Of a DNA stretch of 64,000 nucleotides, positions 11,045-21,356 are shown in pieces. Both the position numbers and the translations under genes were made by a program. This DNA comes from an uncultured bacterium (lineage in GTDB: Bacteria > Krumholzibacteriota > Krumholzibacteriia > LZORAL124-64-63): positions 23,131-87,130 of the forward strand of contig CAIOLW010000161.1 of assembly GCA_903859215.1 (NCBI GenBank). Direction: 5' to 3'. Every line of letters begins with the position of its first letter. Position 1 is the stretch's first letter. The notes beneath the pieces are model-generated. The model ran no database searches. It was given only the letters and a program-made list of their open reading frames with translations, and was not told the origin of the DNA.

Positions 11045-11950
11045 ATGGAACTCGAATTCCTGCTGATCGACGTCTTCACCGACCGCCCCTTCGGCGGCAG
11101 TCGGCTGTACCTGTTTCCCGACGGCGCGGGCGTGGGCGAGGGGCTCATGCAGAAGCTGGCGATGGAGATGGGCGCGGGTGAGACGGCGTTCATCGTCCCG
11201 TCCCGGACCGCGGGTTCCGGTGCGGCCGGCCTGCGCGTGTTCACGCCGACAGGTGAGATCCCCTTCGGCGGCCATTCCGTGCTCGGGGCCAGCTTCGCGC
11301 TGGACGAACTGCGCCAGCACGGCGGAAGCGGCAGCCCGTTCCAGTGGGAACTCGAGGCGGGGCGCTTCACGGTGGAGCGGCGGTTGGAGGCTGAGAAGGC
11401 GGTCTACTACCTGACGCAGGAGCCCCCCGTCTTCATGGGGCAGTACTTCCACCGCGGCAAGGTGGCCCGGACCCTCGGCCTGCACGAGGACGAGATCGCC
11501 ATCACCGGGCTGCCCTGCGAGATCATCTCGACCGGCCTGCCGATCCACATCGTGCCGCTGGCCTCGCTCGAGGCGATGGCGGCGATCAACCTGCGACGGC
11601 GCGAGGCCGATGCCATCGCGCGCGACCTCGGCTTCGGCGACCTGTTCGTCTTCACCTGCGAGGTGGAGGGCCACGACTCCGCCGTCCACTGCCGCATGTT
11701 CGCGCCCCATTTCGGGATCCCCGAGGATGCGGCGAGCGGCGCGGCCACCGGCGCCCTGGTCGCCTATCTCGTCAAGCACCGGCTGATCAGGTGCGACGAG
11801 CACGTCCGCATCGTCAGCGAACAGGGCCTCGAGATGGGCCGCCCCAGCCGCATCATCGCCGAGGCCACGGTGCGGAACGGGCAGGCCACGGACATCAAGG
11901 TCGGCGGCAGCTGCATCCTCGTGGGTCGCGGCCGGCTCGACGTTTCCTGA
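11045..11950 (+). CDS. PhzF-family epimerase/isomerase-like protein
   Basis: LLIDVFTDRPFGGSRL N-terminus, two-domain length (301 aa), internal GETAFI and ISTGLP motifs typical of PhzF/YddE. Confidence 0.85.
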   Translation: MELEFLLIDVFTDRPFGGSRLYLFPDGAGVGEGLMQKLAMEMGAGETAFIVPSRTAGSGAAGLRVFTPTGEIPFGGHSVLGASFALDELRQHGGSGSPFQWELEAGRFTVERRLEAEKAVYYLTQEPPVFMGQYFHRGKVARTLGLHEDEIAITGLPCEIISTGLPIHIVPLASLEAMAAINLRRREADAIARDLGFGDLFVFTCEVEGHDSAVHCRMFAPHFGIPEDAASGAATGALVAYLVKHRLIRCDEHVRIVSEQGLEMGRPSRIIAEATVRNGQATDIKVGGSCILVGRGRLDVS

Positions 11951-12035
11951 AGTTTTGTTCATCAGGCGGCCGCAACGGCGGCCATGACCATTGCGAGCGC
12001 GGTCGGCCGATCCGCGCGGAAAGTGGACCACGCAC

Positions 12036-13694
12036 ATGAATGCCCCTGCCGGATTGCCCCCTGAAATGTCCTCGATGGTGCTGCAGACGCTGCGCCAGGT
12101 GGTGGGCCGCGAACTGACGGACCATCGCATCATGGAGATGGACGAGCAGGACACGTTCCCCACGGAACTCATCCAGAAGCTGGTGTCGCCGGACGTCGGG
12201 CTGCACCTGATCTTCCTGCCGGAGGACTGCGGCGGGCTCGCCGGCGGCGCGCGGGACATCTGCCGCATCAGCGAGGAGATGGCAGCCTGGGACCTCGGCG
12301 TCGCGACGGCCTTCCTGGCCATCTGCCTCGGCACCGACCCGATCCTCGTCGGCGGCACGCCCGCGCAGAAGCAGAAGTGGCTGGTCAGGATCGCGAACGA
12401 GGGCCTGATCGTCGCCTACGGCGTGACCGAGCCCGAGGCCGGCAGCAACGTGGCCTCGCTCAAGACGACGGCCGACCAGATCGTCGATGCGGCCGGCAAC
12501 GTCACCGGCTACCGCCTGAACGGCGCCAAGCAGTTCATCACCAACGGCGGTGTCGCCGACCTCTACACGATCCTTGCCAAGACGCCCGGCGGTCCCAGCT
12601 TCTTCGCGGTCGAGAAGGGCACGCCCGGCCTGTCGGTCGGCAAGAAGGAGGAGAAGCACGGCATCCGCGCCTCCAACACCACCGGCGTCCTGCTCGAGGA
12701 CGTCGAGGTGCCGGCCGAGAACCTGATCGGCGGCGTCGAGGGGCAGGGCCTCAAGCAGGCCAACGCGGTGTTCGGCTACACGCGCCTGATGGTGGGCGCG
12801 TTCGGCCTCGGCGGCGGACAGGCGCCGCTCAAGCGCGCGCTCGCGTACGGCAAGACGCGCGAACAGTTCGGCGCGCCGCTGGTCGAGAAGGAAGGCTACC
12901 TGCTGAAGCTGATCGTCGAGCCGTGGATCGACCTGGCGGCCGGCCGCGCCTACATGGAGCAGACGGCGCTGCGCATCGACGAGGGCCACACCGAACTGAC
13001 GACCGAGGGCTCGATCGCCAAGCTCTGGTGCACCGAGGCCGGCAACCGCGCCGCCGACGCCGCCATTCAGGCGCACGGCGGCTACGGCTACGCGCGCGAG
13101 TACGTCGTCGAGAAGATGCGCCGCGACGTGCGCATCACCACGATCTACGAAGGCACGAGCGAGATCCAGCAGAGCATCATCTCGATGTTCCGCTGGAAGG
13201 AGACCGTGCGGTCGAAGGGCGCCTTCTACGCACTGCTCGCCAGCGCGCTCGACGAACTGGCAGCGGACAAGCCGCGCGCCGGGGCCGCGCTGATGGCGTC
13301 GACCGTGCGCGCGCTCAACGAGACGGTGCTGCGCATGCACGCCGCCAAGATGACGCGCAGCCAAATGGTGATGTTCACCTTCGCCGACATGATGACGATC
13401 GCCGAGGTCGGGGCTGCGTTCGTGGCGCAGTCGGTGCGCGGGCCGGTCGAGGGCGGGCTGTCGCCCGAGGCGACGCTGGCGATGAGCCGCGCCTTCGCGC
13501 GGAAGGCGGCGCGCGTCGTGCGTCAGGGCACCGAACTGTGCGCCGGCTGCCTGCTTTCCGAGCCCGGTGAAGAGGCCGCGCGCGCGGGCGCGGAGCTGCT
13601 GGACACCGTGCAGAAACTGCTGCCCCTGGACGCCACGCGCGGCCTGTGGGAGGACATGAACATCGTCGGCGCCGCCCTCAAGGCGCTCGATTGA
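12036..13694 (+). CDS. Acyl-CoA dehydrogenase, long form with roughly 170-aa C-terminal extension
   Basis: ATG 12036 in frame of ORF 11991..13694. YGVTEPEAGSNVAS, QFITNGG, IQAHGGYGYAREYVVEKMRRDVRITTIYEGTSEIQ. Confidence 0.85.
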   Translation: MNAPAGLPPEMSSMVLQTLRQVVGRELTDHRIMEMDEQDTFPTELIQKLVSPDVGLHLIFLPEDCGGLAGGARDICRISEEMAAWDLGVATAFLAICLGTDPILVGGTPAQKQKWLVRIANEGLIVAYGVTEPEAGSNVASLKTTADQIVDAAGNVTGYRLNGAKQFITNGGVADLYTILAKTPGGPSFFAVEKGTPGLSVGKKEEKHGIRASNTTGVLLEDVEVPAENLIGGVEGQGLKQANAVFGYTRLMVGAFGLGGGQAPLKRALAYGKTREQFGAPLVEKEGYLLKLIVEPWIDLAAGRAYMEQTALRIDEGHTELTTEGSIAKLWCTEAGNRAADAAIQAHGGYGYAREYVVEKMRRDVRITTIYEGTSEIQQSIISMFRWKETVRSKGAFYALLASALDELAADKPRAGAALMASTVRALNETVLRMHAAKMTRSQMVMFTFADMMTIAEVGAAFVAQSVRGPVEGGLSPEATLAMSRAFARKAARVVRQGTELCAGCLLSEPGEEAARAGAELLDTVQKLLPLDATRGLWEDMNIVGAALKALD

Positions 13695-14440
13695 GGTACG
13701 GCGGCGTGGCGGACCTGGACCAGAGGATCGACGAATGCCGGCGGCGCTGGGAGGCGGCGCCGGAGTCGCGCGCCTTCATCCCGCTGGCCGACCTGCTCCG
13801 TCAGGCGGGCCGCGGCGAGCAGGCGCTGGTGGTGCTCGAGTCCGGGCTCGAACGGCATCCCCGGGCGGTGGCGGCGCTCGTGACCCTGGCGCGCACCCTG
13901 GCGGCGGTCGGCCGCGCGGCGGAAGCGGCCGAGGCCGCCTTGCGGGTCCTCGAGCACGACGCGGACAACCTGGCCGGCCTTGAACTGGTCGCGGAAGAGG
14001 ACCGGCGGCGCGGCGACCTCGTGGCGGCCATCGGCCACTACGAGCGGCTGGCGCAGCTCGTCCCGGACGACCGGCACTGGGCGGCCGTCCTCCGGCAACT
14101 GCGCGAGCGGCGCGCCGCGGCGACGGCGGCCGAGGGCGCGGCGCTGGTCGACGGGTTCGCCACCGTGACGCTGGCCGACCTGTACGTGGCCCAGGGCTAC
14201 GAAGAGAAGGCCCGCGCGCTGTTGACGCGGTTGCTGGCGGAGCGGCCCGACGACCCCGAGGTCCGCCGCCGGCTGGCGGCCCTGGCCTCGGCCGGGGACA
14301 CGACGGGCACCGCGCCCGGCCAGGCGGCAGGGGCGATCCGGCCGCTGGCCCAGGAGCGGGCGGAGCGGCGCGAGGTGGCCCGCGAGCAGTTTGCCATGTG
14401 GATCGAGCGGATCCGGGTTGATCGCGAGGTGGCGCCGTGA
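13691..14440 (+). CDS. TPR-repeat protein
   Basis: Helical Ala/Leu/Arg-rich repeats (AEAALRVLEHDADNLAGLELVA..., LADLYVAQGYEEKARALLTRLL). Start uncertain (TTG 13691 or GTG 13706). Its end overlaps the aroQ start. Confidence 0.55.
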   Translation: MRYGGVADLDQRIDECRRRWEAAPESRAFIPLADLLRQAGRGEQALVVLESGLERHPRAVAALVTLARTLAAVGRAAEAAEAALRVLEHDADNLAGLELVAEEDRRRGDLVAAIGHYERLAQLVPDDRHWAAVLRQLRERRAAATAAEGAALVDGFATVTLADLYVAQGYEEKARALLTRLLAERPDDPEVRRRLAALASAGDTTGTAPGQAAGAIRPLAQERAERREVAREQFAMWIERIRVDREVAP

Positions 14441-14877
14441 GCGGCCGGGTGCACATCCTCAACGGGCCCAACCTGTCACGCCTGGGCACGCGGGAACCGG
14501 CGGTCTACGGTTCGACCACGCTGGCCGAACTGGAGGCCCTGTGTGCCGGCTGGGCGCAAGGCCTGGGCCTCGAGGCGACGTTTGCCCAGCGCGAGGGCGA
14601 AGGTGAACTCGTCGAACTGATCCACCGCGCGGGCGACCAGGCTGACGGCCTCATTCTCAACGCCGCGGCCTACACCCATACCTCGGTGGCGGTCCGTGAC
14701 GCGGTCACCTCGATTTCGATTCCGGTTATCGAAGTCCACCTGAGCAATCCCGCGGCGAGGGAACCTTTCAGGCGCCAAAACCTTTTAGAGGACGTCGTTT
14801 ACGCGGGCATTCGCGGTTTCGGCGTGGACAGCTATCGTCTGGCGCTGGAGGGGATTGCGGTCCGCCTGCGCGGCTGA
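14437..14877 (+). CDS. aroQ: Type II 3-dehydroquinate dehydratase
   Basis: ILNGPNLSRLGTREPAVYG, NAAAYTHTSVA, EVHLSNPAAREPFR. Confidence 0.9.
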   Translation: MSGRVHILNGPNLSRLGTREPAVYGSTTLAELEALCAGWAQGLGLEATFAQREGEGELVELIHRAGDQADGLILNAAAYTHTSVAVRDAVTSISIPVIEVHLSNPAAREPFRRQNLLEDVVYAGIRGFGVDSYRLALEGIAVRLRG

Positions 14878-14905
14878 CCAGGCTCCCGGGACGGTGCAAC
14901 GGACG

Positions 14906-14934
14906 TTGCCTTGGGCTTGGGCGCGTGTTATCAA
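14906..14934 (+). promoter_or_regulatory. Sigma70-like promoter candidate (TTGCCT-17-TATCAA) upstream of efp
   Basis: Hexamers at 14906-14911 and 14929-14934, in the aroQ-efp gap. Confidence 0.35.
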
Positions 14935-14990
14935 TGGCGGGTTGGCCCTCAGGGGCCCCATCCAATCCAGGTCGAGAAGCGAGGACAACA

Positions 14991-15548
14991 GTGGCCGATA
15001 CGAGTGATTTTCGCACGGGCTTTACGCTGCGCTTCAAGGAGCAGCTCTGGACGATCGTCGATTTCCAGCACGTGAAGCCGGGCAAGGGCGGCGCCTTCGT
15101 GCGCACCAAGCTGAAGAACATCAAGAACGGCAAGGTCGTCGAGGAGACGTTCCGCGCCGGTGAGAAGGTCGACGAGGTCCGACTGGAGCGCAAAGAGTTC
15201 CAGTACCTGTACCCCGACGGCGAATACCTGGTCTTCATGAACAAGGAGACCTACGAGCAGATTCAGTTGCACCGGGATGGCCTCGGCGACCTCCTCCTTT
15301 ACATCAAGGAGAGCGAGACCTGCACCATCCTGCTGCAGGAAGAAACGCCGCTGACGGTCGAGCCCCCGTTCACGGTGGAGCTGGCCGTCAAGACGACCGA
15401 CCCGGGCCTGCGCGGCGACACGGCGCAGGGCGGCTCGAAGCCGGCGACCATGGAGACGGGACTCGTGGTGGCCGTGCCCCTGTTCATCGAAGAAGGACAG
15501 GTCCTCAAAATCGACACGAGGACCGGGAAGTACCTGGGCCGCGTCTGA
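14991..15548 (+). CDS. efp: Elongation factor P
   Basis: GTG 14991 in frame of ORF 14925..15548. DFRTGFTLRF...VDFQHVKPGKGGAFVRTKLKN is the EF-P loop. Confidence 0.92.
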   Translation: MADTSDFRTGFTLRFKEQLWTIVDFQHVKPGKGGAFVRTKLKNIKNGKVVEETFRAGEKVDEVRLERKEFQYLYPDGEYLVFMNKETYEQIQLHRDGLGDLLLYIKESETCTILLQEETPLTVEPPFTVELAVKTTDPGLRGDTAQGGSKPATMETGLVVAVPLFIEEGQVLKIDTRTGKYLGRV

Positions 15549-15575
15549 CCATCAGCTCGCAACGGAGGCGAATGC

Positions 15576-16055
15576 ATGGATATCCAGAAAGTCCGGGAGC
15601 TGGTTAAACTGGTGGAGCACAGCGGGATCGAGCAGCTGGAGATCGTCGACAAGGACACGACGATCCGCATCCAGAAGTCTCCCGCCGCCGCCGTCGGCGT
15701 GCCCCAGATGGCGCCGCCCCAGCCCGTTCCTGCGGCCGTGATCGCCGCCGCCCCGGCGCCCGCCGCCGACGCGGCCCCGGCGGCAGCCCCGGCGGCTGAT
15801 CCTGCCCGGGCGCGCTGGAAGGAACTGCGTTCGCCCATTGTCGGGACGTTCTACAGGGCCCCTTCCCCGACCAACCCGAATTTCGTGAACGTGGGGGACC
15901 GGGTCAGCAAGGGCCAGCCCCTGTGCATCATCGAAGCCATGAAGGTCATGAACGAGATCGAGGCCGAGATCGACGGCACGATCCGCGAGATCCTGGTCGA
16001 GAACGGCAGCCCGGTCGAAGCCGAGGCGGTGCTGTTCCTGGTCGACCCCGCCTGA
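15576..16055 (+). CDS. accB: Acetyl-CoA carboxylase biotin carboxyl carrier protein
   Basis: Ala/Pro linker, then the biotinylation motif [14 protein letters not shown]. Confidence 0.9.
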   Translation: MDIQKVRELVKLVEHSGIEQLEIVDKDTTIRIQKSPAAAVGVPQMAPPQPVPAAVIAAAPAPAADAAPAAAPAADPARARWKELRSPIVGTFYRAPSPTNPNFVNVGDRVSKGQPLCIIEAMKVMNEIEAEIDGTIREILVENGSPVEAEAVLFLVDPA

Positions 16056-16077
16056 CCGGCGGCGGTATCGGGCATAC

Positions 16078-16119
16078 GGCAGGGCCGGCTCCCCGCGGGG
16101 ACGCCGGCCCTGCCGTTTT
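16078..16119 (+). terminator. Rho-independent terminator after accB
   Basis: Perfect 12-bp stem GGCAGGGCCGGC / GCCGGCCCTGCC (16078-16089 / 16103-16114) followed by GTTTT. Confidence 0.75.
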
Positions 16120-16247
16120 CCGTCCCGCAGGCCGGTGCGGATCCGTCGTCAAGTCGGCCGCCCGGGCTGCCGATCCTAGGGGCAGCCTGATCCCGCCGCG
16201 CGGCCGGCCTGCCGCCGCGGCCTTCTTTGCCGGGGAGCGCCCTTTCC

Positions 16248-17387
16248 ATGGACATCAAGCGGATCCTCAAGGAGATGATCTCTCGCGGGGCCAGTGACCT
16301 GCACCTGAAGGTCGCCTCGCCCCCCGTGTTCCGGATCAACGGCACGCTGGTCTTCGGCGACTACGAGCCGCCGACGGTCCAGGACATGGTGGCGGTCTGC
16401 CAGCAGATCCTGACCCCGAGCCAGCGTGAACTGTTCGAGTCCACCCGGGAGATCGATTTCGCATTCGGCGTGCCCGGGGTTGCCCGGTTCCGGGCGAACT
16501 TCTACGTGCAACGCGGCAGCGTCGCGATGGTCTTCCGGCATGTGCCGGTCGAGATCCACACGCCGGACGACCTGCACCTGCCGCCGGTGATCAAGGAACT
16601 GGCGAAGAAGACCCGCGGGCTGATGCTGGTGACCGGTACGGTGGGCAGCGGCAAGTCGACCACCCTGGCTTCGATCGTCGACATCATCAACCGCGAGTCG
16701 GCGCGGCACGTCATCACCATCGAGGACCCGATCGAGTTCCTGCACCGCGACCGCAAGAGCATCATCAGCCAGCGCGAAATCGGTTGCGACACCAATTGTT
16801 ATGCAGACGCGTTGAAGCACGTCCTGAGGCAGGATCCGGACGTCATCCTGATCGGCGAGATCCGCGATGCCGAGTCCATGAAGATCGCCATCACGGCCGC
16901 CGACACGGGCCACCTCGTGCTCAGCACCATGCACACGATCGACGCCACGCAGACCGTCAGTCGCATCATTTCGTTCTTCCCGCCGCACCAGCACCAGGAG
17001 ATCCGCTACCTCCTGGCGTCCACGCTGCAGGCCGTGATTTCGCAGCGCCTCGTCACCGACACGGACGGGCTCAGGCGCCTGCCGGCGTGCGAGATCCTGA
17101 TCTCGACGAGCACCATCCGCGAGTACATCCGCGAACCGGAGAAGACCGTCATGATCCGGCAGGCGATCCAGGAGGGCTACGTCCAGTACCAGATGCAGAC
17201 CTTCGACCAGTCGCTGATGCAGTTGCACCGGGACGGCCGGATCAGCCTCGACGTGGCCCTGCAGGCCAGCAGCAACCCGCATGAATTCATGCTTCGGGTC
17301 AAGGGCATCCAGGCCAGTTCGGACACGACCTGGCAGCGCTTCGAGGGGCAGCCCGACGACGGCAAGCCCGCGATGACGCGCATCTGA
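16248..17387 (+). CDS. pilT: Type IV pilus retraction ATPase PilT/PilU family
   Basis: ATG 16248. Walker [11 protein letters not shown], Walker [11 protein letters not shown], His box [11 protein letters not shown], and N-terminal ASDLHLKV typical of PilT. Confidence 0.9.
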   Translation: MDIKRILKEMISRGASDLHLKVASPPVFRINGTLVFGDYEPPTVQDMVAVCQQILTPSQRELFESTREIDFAFGVPGVARFRANFYVQRGSVAMVFRHVPVEIHTPDDLHLPPVIKELAKKTRGLMLVTGTVGSGKSTTLASIVDIINRESARHVITIEDPIEFLHRDRKSIISQREIGCDTNCYADALKHVLRQDPDVILIGEIRDAESMKIAITAADTGHLVLSTMHTIDATQTVSRIISFFPPHQHQEIRYLLASTLQAVISQRLVTDTDGLRRLPACEILISTSTIREYIREPEKTVMIRQAIQEGYVQYQMQTFDQSLMQLHRDGRISLDVALQASSNPHEFMLRVKGIQASSDTTWQRFEGQPDDGKPAMTRI

Positions 17388-17416
17388 GCGGCGTCCGGAG
17401 CCGTCCCCTTGAGCCT

Positions 17417-17448
17417 GCGACCCGGCCCCGCGGCCGGGTCGCGCGTTT
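17417..17448 (+). terminator. Terminator-like hairpin after pilT
   Basis: 11-bp stem GCGACCCGGCC / GGCCGGGTCGC, loop CCGC, then GCGTTTGG (short T tract). Confidence 0.5.
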
Positions 17449-17506
17449 GGGGAACTTCCTTCTGCGCCGGCGGTTGCGCCGCTGCCGCCCGGCGTCCCGT
17501 TTTCCC

Positions 17507-17535
17507 TTGCCATCGCGCAGGACGCACCCCAGAAT
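17507..17535 (+). promoter_or_regulatory. Sigma70-like promoter candidate (TTGCCA-17-CAGAAT) upstream of accC
   Basis: Hexamers at 17507-17512 and 17530-17535, about 77 nt before the accC ATG. Confidence 0.3.
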
Positions 17536-17611
17536 GGGCCGGTGTGGAGTTGCGGCTGGCCCGGGGACGGGTCGGCGCGCAGGTGCTTGTCCCCTAAGCA
17601 GGAAGTCGCGG

Positions 17612-18994
17612 ATGTTCAAGAAGATTCTCGTGGCCAACCGGGGCGAAATCGCCCTGCGCATCATGCGCGCATGCCGTGAGCTCGGCGTGCAGAGCGTGGC
17701 CATCCACTCGACCGCCGACGCCGATTCCCTCCACGTCAAGTATGCCGACGAATCGGTCTGTGTCGGCAAGAAGACCAGCGCCGAGAGCTACCTGCGTATT
17801 CCCAACATCATTGCCGCGGCCGAGATCACCGGCGCCGAGGCCATCCACCCCGGTTACGGCTTCCTGGCCGAGAACGCCCACTTCGCCGAGATCTGCGTCG
17901 ACAACGGGTTCACCTGGATCGGGCCCGGCCCGGAAATCATCCGCAGCATGGGCGACAAGGCCACCGCCAGGACGATGGCGGTCGAGGCCGGCGTGCCGGT
18001 CGTGCCGGGCACCGGCCTGGTCGACACCGAGGACGAGGCGGCCCTGGCGGGCGAGAAGTTCGGCTTTCCGGTCATCATCAAGGCGACGGCCGGCGGCGGC
18101 GGCAAGGGCATGCGCGTGGCCTGGGACGAGGCCGAACTGCGCAAGAACTACGTCGCGGCCCGCAACGAGGCCAGGGCGGCCTTCGGCAACGACGGCGTGT
18201 ACATCGAGAAGTACCTCGTCACGCCGCGCCATGTCGAAGTGCAGTTGATGGGGGACAACTTCGGGCACATCCTGCATTTCGGCGAGCGTGACTGTTCGGT
18301 GCAGCGCCGCCACCAGAAGCTGATCGAGGAGGCGCCGTCGCCGGCGGTCACCCCGAAACTGCGGGGCGAGATGGGGGCGGCCGCGGTGCGGCTGGCCGAG
18401 CGCGTGAACTACCGCAGCGCCGGCACCGTCGAGTTCCTGCTCGATACCGACGGTTCGTTCTATTTCATGGAGATGAACACCCGGATCCAGGTCGAGCACG
18501 GCGTCACCGAACTGGTGACGGGCATCGACCTGATGAAGTGGATGATCCGCGTCGCGGCTGGCGAGCCGTTCGATTTCGTGCAGAAGGACATCGCCGTCAA
18601 GGGGCACGCCATCGAGTGCCGCATCAACGCGGAGAACCCCGAACGCGACTTCATGCCGTGCCCGGGCCGCGTCTTCTACTACCATGCGCCGGGCGGGCCG
18701 GGAGTGCGTGTGGACACGCACATCTACTCGGACTACCTCGTCCCGCCGCATTACGATTCGCTGCTGGCGAAGATCATGACCCACGGCAAGAACCGCGAGG
18801 AAGCGATCGCACGGATGCGCCGCGCCCTGGCCGAGTGTGTGTTCGAGGGGCTGCCGACGAGCACCCCGTTCCACCTCGAAGTGCTGCACAATCCTGTCTT
18901 CCTGTCAGGGAAGGCGACGACCCGCTTCCTGGAAGAGGAACTTTCCCATCTCCAGGAGGGCCTGCGTGGCCGGGCGAAATCGGAAGAAGGCTAA
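17612..18994 (+). CDS. accC: Acetyl-CoA carboxylase biotin carboxylase subunit
   Basis: [28 protein letters not shown]-grasp [22 protein letters not shown]. Confidence 0.95.
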   Translation: MFKKILVANRGEIALRIMRACRELGVQSVAIHSTADADSLHVKYADESVCVGKKTSAESYLRIPNIIAAAEITGAEAIHPGYGFLAENAHFAEICVDNGFTWIGPGPEIIRSMGDKATARTMAVEAGVPVVPGTGLVDTEDEAALAGEKFGFPVIIKATAGGGGKGMRVAWDEAELRKNYVAARNEARAAFGNDGVYIEKYLVTPRHVEVQLMGDNFGHILHFGERDCSVQRRHQKLIEEAPSPAVTPKLRGEMGAAAVRLAERVNYRSAGTVEFLLDTDGSFYFMEMNTRIQVEHGVTELVTGIDLMKWMIRVAAGEPFDFVQKDIAVKGHAIECRINAENPERDFMPCPGRVFYYHAPGGPGVRVDTHIYSDYLVPPHYDSLLAKIMTHGKNREEAIARMRRALAECVFEGLPTSTPFHLEVLHNPVFLSGKATTRFLEEELSHLQEGLRGRAKSEEG

Positions 18995-21356
18995 GGGCGG
19001 CGAGACCCCGTGGTACCGTGCCCCGTGGCTGGCGGGCGTCGTGATGATCGCCTGCGCGCTCTACGGCGGGTTGTCGCTGACCGGCAATCCCGGTCCGTGG
19101 ACGGGCATCCTCACCGGAAAACAACTCGACCAGATGTTCCCCGACGGCAATCCCGGGGGGATGGTCGGCTCCGCGCTCAACGTGATCGGGCGGCTGGGCT
19201 TCGGCTCTGCGTGGTGCTGGGCCGTGCCCCTCGCGCTGCTGGCGCTGGGCATCGGCTCGCTGGCGCAACGGATCGAGCGGCCGCGCGGGGTGATCCTGCG
19301 CGCGATCCCCATCTGGCTCGTCACCGCAACCTGGCTGGGGCAGCCCGACTGGCCCCTGGGCATGCCGGCGGCGGCGGAATGGGGCGGGGGCGCAGGCTAC
19401 GGGCTGGGGCGCCTGTTCCAGAACCTCGTCGGGGCCGGCGGCAGCCACATCTTCCTGACGGCGGCGATGGTGATCGTCGCCGGCCTGCTCGCGGGCCGGC
19501 GCCTTGCCGTGGTCGCGAAGCTGGGCGGCCCGCTCGGGCGGCTGTTCGGTGCGCTGGGTAACGGCCTGCGCGCCCTGTTTCCGGCTCTCGGCACCGCGTT
19601 GGCGGGTGCGTGGGGGCGCCTGGCCGGGATGATGGCGCGCCGGCGCGAGGCGCACGCGCGCGACGAAGACGACGATGCCGGGGCGCAGGAGCCCCAGACA
19701 CCGGCCGCCATGGCGGCGGCGGCGAAGGCCCGCGAACGCGTCGTCCACGAGACGCCGCTGCCGACGCCGACGGCATCGTCCGACCTCTGGGACGAGGACG
19801 AGGTGCCTGCGGCGCTGGTGCTGCCCGGCGCCGACGGTGAGGAGATGGCCGAAGCCGCGGCCGCGCCGCGCGCGATCCGCGCCGCGAAACCGGCGCGCAA
19901 GGTGGCGCGCGGCCCGGTCCGGATGCCGGGCCTCGAATTGCTGACGCCGGCCGGGCCGGAAGGCCAGCCGGTGGCGGCGACCGAACTCGACGCGGCCGCT
20001 GACCTGCTGGAGGCCACGCTGCGCTCGTTCGGCGTCGAAGGCGAGGTCAAGGACGTGCGCCCCGGGCCGGTGGTCACGACCTACGAATACCAGCCGGGCC
20101 CCGGCATCCGCGTCAACCAGATCGTGCAGCGCACCGACGACCTAGCGCTGGCCATGCGCGCGCGCTCCATCCGCATGGAGGCGCCCATCCCCGGCAAGGC
20201 CGCCGTCGGCATCGAGATCCCGAACCCGACCGCGCGCATGGTGCGCCTGCGCGAGGTGCTCGAACTGACGGGCACCCAGCCGCGCGAGCCGTTGTCGGTC
20301 ATGCTGGGCAAGGACGTCGTGGGGCGCCCCGTCGGCATCGACATCGCGTCACTGCCGCACCTGCTGGTCGCCGGCTCGACCGGCAGCGGCAAGTCGGTCT
20401 GCCTGAACGCGCTGATCTGCAACCTGCTGCTGCGGAACGACCCGTCAAAACTGCGGATGGTGCTCATCGATCCCAAGATGCTCGAGATGAACGTCTACAA
20501 CGGGATCCCGCACCTGCTGCTGCCGGTGGTCACCGACCCGCGCGAGTCGCTGAAGGCCATGCAGTGGCTGGTGGCGCAGATGGAACTCCGCTACCGCCAG
20601 CTGGCGAAGTGGCAGGTCCGGAACATCAAGCAGTACAACGACAAGATCGAGCGCGGCGAGGTCAACGACGCGCAGGGCGACCCGCTCACCGAGCCCATGC
20701 CGTACTTCCTGTGCGTGGTCGACGAGCTTGCCGACCTGATGCTGCAGCTGGGGAACGACTTCGAGGGACCCATCACGCGGCTGGCGCAGAAGGCCCGCGC
20801 GGTGGGCATCCACCTGGTGCTGGCCACGCAGCGGCCGAGCGTCGACGTGCTGACGGGCGTCATCAAGGCCAACATCCCGTGCCGGATCGCGTTCAAGGTC
20901 ATCCAGAAGAACGACTCGCGCACCATCCTCGACATGAACGGCGCCGAGCAGCTGCTGGGGCACGGCGACATGCTGTACCTGCAGCCGGGCCGCGCGCTGC
21001 CCGTGCGCGTGCACGGCGCCTTCATCGACGTCGACGAATGCGATGCAATCGCCGCCCACTGGCGGCAGTACGCAGGGACGACGGAAGAGATCAGCCTGGC
21101 CGAGGAATCCGGCGGGGCGGGCGAACACACCGGCGACGACGAGCTCTTCGACGACGCGCGGGACATCGTCGTGCGCCACCAGAGCGGGTCGACTTCGCTG
21201 CTGCAGCGCCGGCTGCGCATCGGCTACACGCGGGCCGGCCGCCTGATGGACATGCTCGAGGAGGCCGGCATCGTCGGCCCGTTCACCGGCAGCAAGGCGC
21301 GCGAGGTCCTCATCAAGCCCGAGGAACTGCCGTCCGCGAAGGAAGGTCGGGCCTGA
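18966..21356 (+). CDS. ftsK: DNA translocase FtsK/SpoIIIE
   Basis: GTG 18966 preceded by AGGAGG. N-terminal TM helices, Pro/Ala-rich linker, motor [18 protein letters not shown], and a C-terminal gamma winged-helix ([18 protein letters not shown]). Confidence 0.9.
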   Translation: MAGRNRKKAKGGETPWYRAPWLAGVVMIACALYGGLSLTGNPGPWTGILTGKQLDQMFPDGNPGGMVGSALNVIGRLGFGSAWCWAVPLALLALGIGSLAQRIERPRGVILRAIPIWLVTATWLGQPDWPLGMPAAAEWGGGAGYGLGRLFQNLVGAGGSHIFLTAAMVIVAGLLAGRRLAVVAKLGGPLGRLFGALGNGLRALFPALGTALAGAWGRLAGMMARRREAHARDEDDDAGAQEPQTPAAMAAAAKARERVVHETPLPTPTASSDLWDEDEVPAALVLPGADGEEMAEAAAAPRAIRAAKPARKVARGPVRMPGLELLTPAGPEGQPVAATELDAAADLLEATLRSFGVEGEVKDVRPGPVVTTYEYQPGPGIRVNQIVQRTDDLALAMRARSIRMEAPIPGKAAVGIEIPNPTARMVRLREVLELTGTQPREPLSVMLGKDVVGRPVGIDIASLPHLLVAGSTGSGKSVCLNALICNLLLRNDPSKLRMVLIDPKMLEMNVYNGIPHLLLPVVTDPRESLKAMQWLVAQMELRYRQLAKWQVRNIKQYNDKIERGEVNDAQGDPLTEPMPYFLCVVDELADLMLQLGNDFEGPITRLAQKARAVGIHLVLATQRPSVDVLTGVIKANIPCRIAFKVIQKNDSRTILDMNGAEQLLGHGDMLYLQPGRALPVRVHGAFIDVDECDAIAAHWRQYAGTTEEISLAEESGGAGEHTGDDELFDDARDIVVRHQSGSTSLLQRRLRIGYTRAGRLMDMLEEAGIVGPFTGSKAREVLIKPEELPSAKEGRA

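Noticed and set aside
16056-16247. Intergenic gaps over 190 nt (also 17388-17611, 37343-37613, 53878-54074, 62253-62460), scanned for known structured RNAs (SRP/4.5S, 6S, RNase P, tmRNA, riboswitch cores).
   Set aside because: I could not recognise any conserved core motifs by eye, only terminator hairpins and promoter-like hexamers. A covariance-model search would be needed to exclude ncRNAs.
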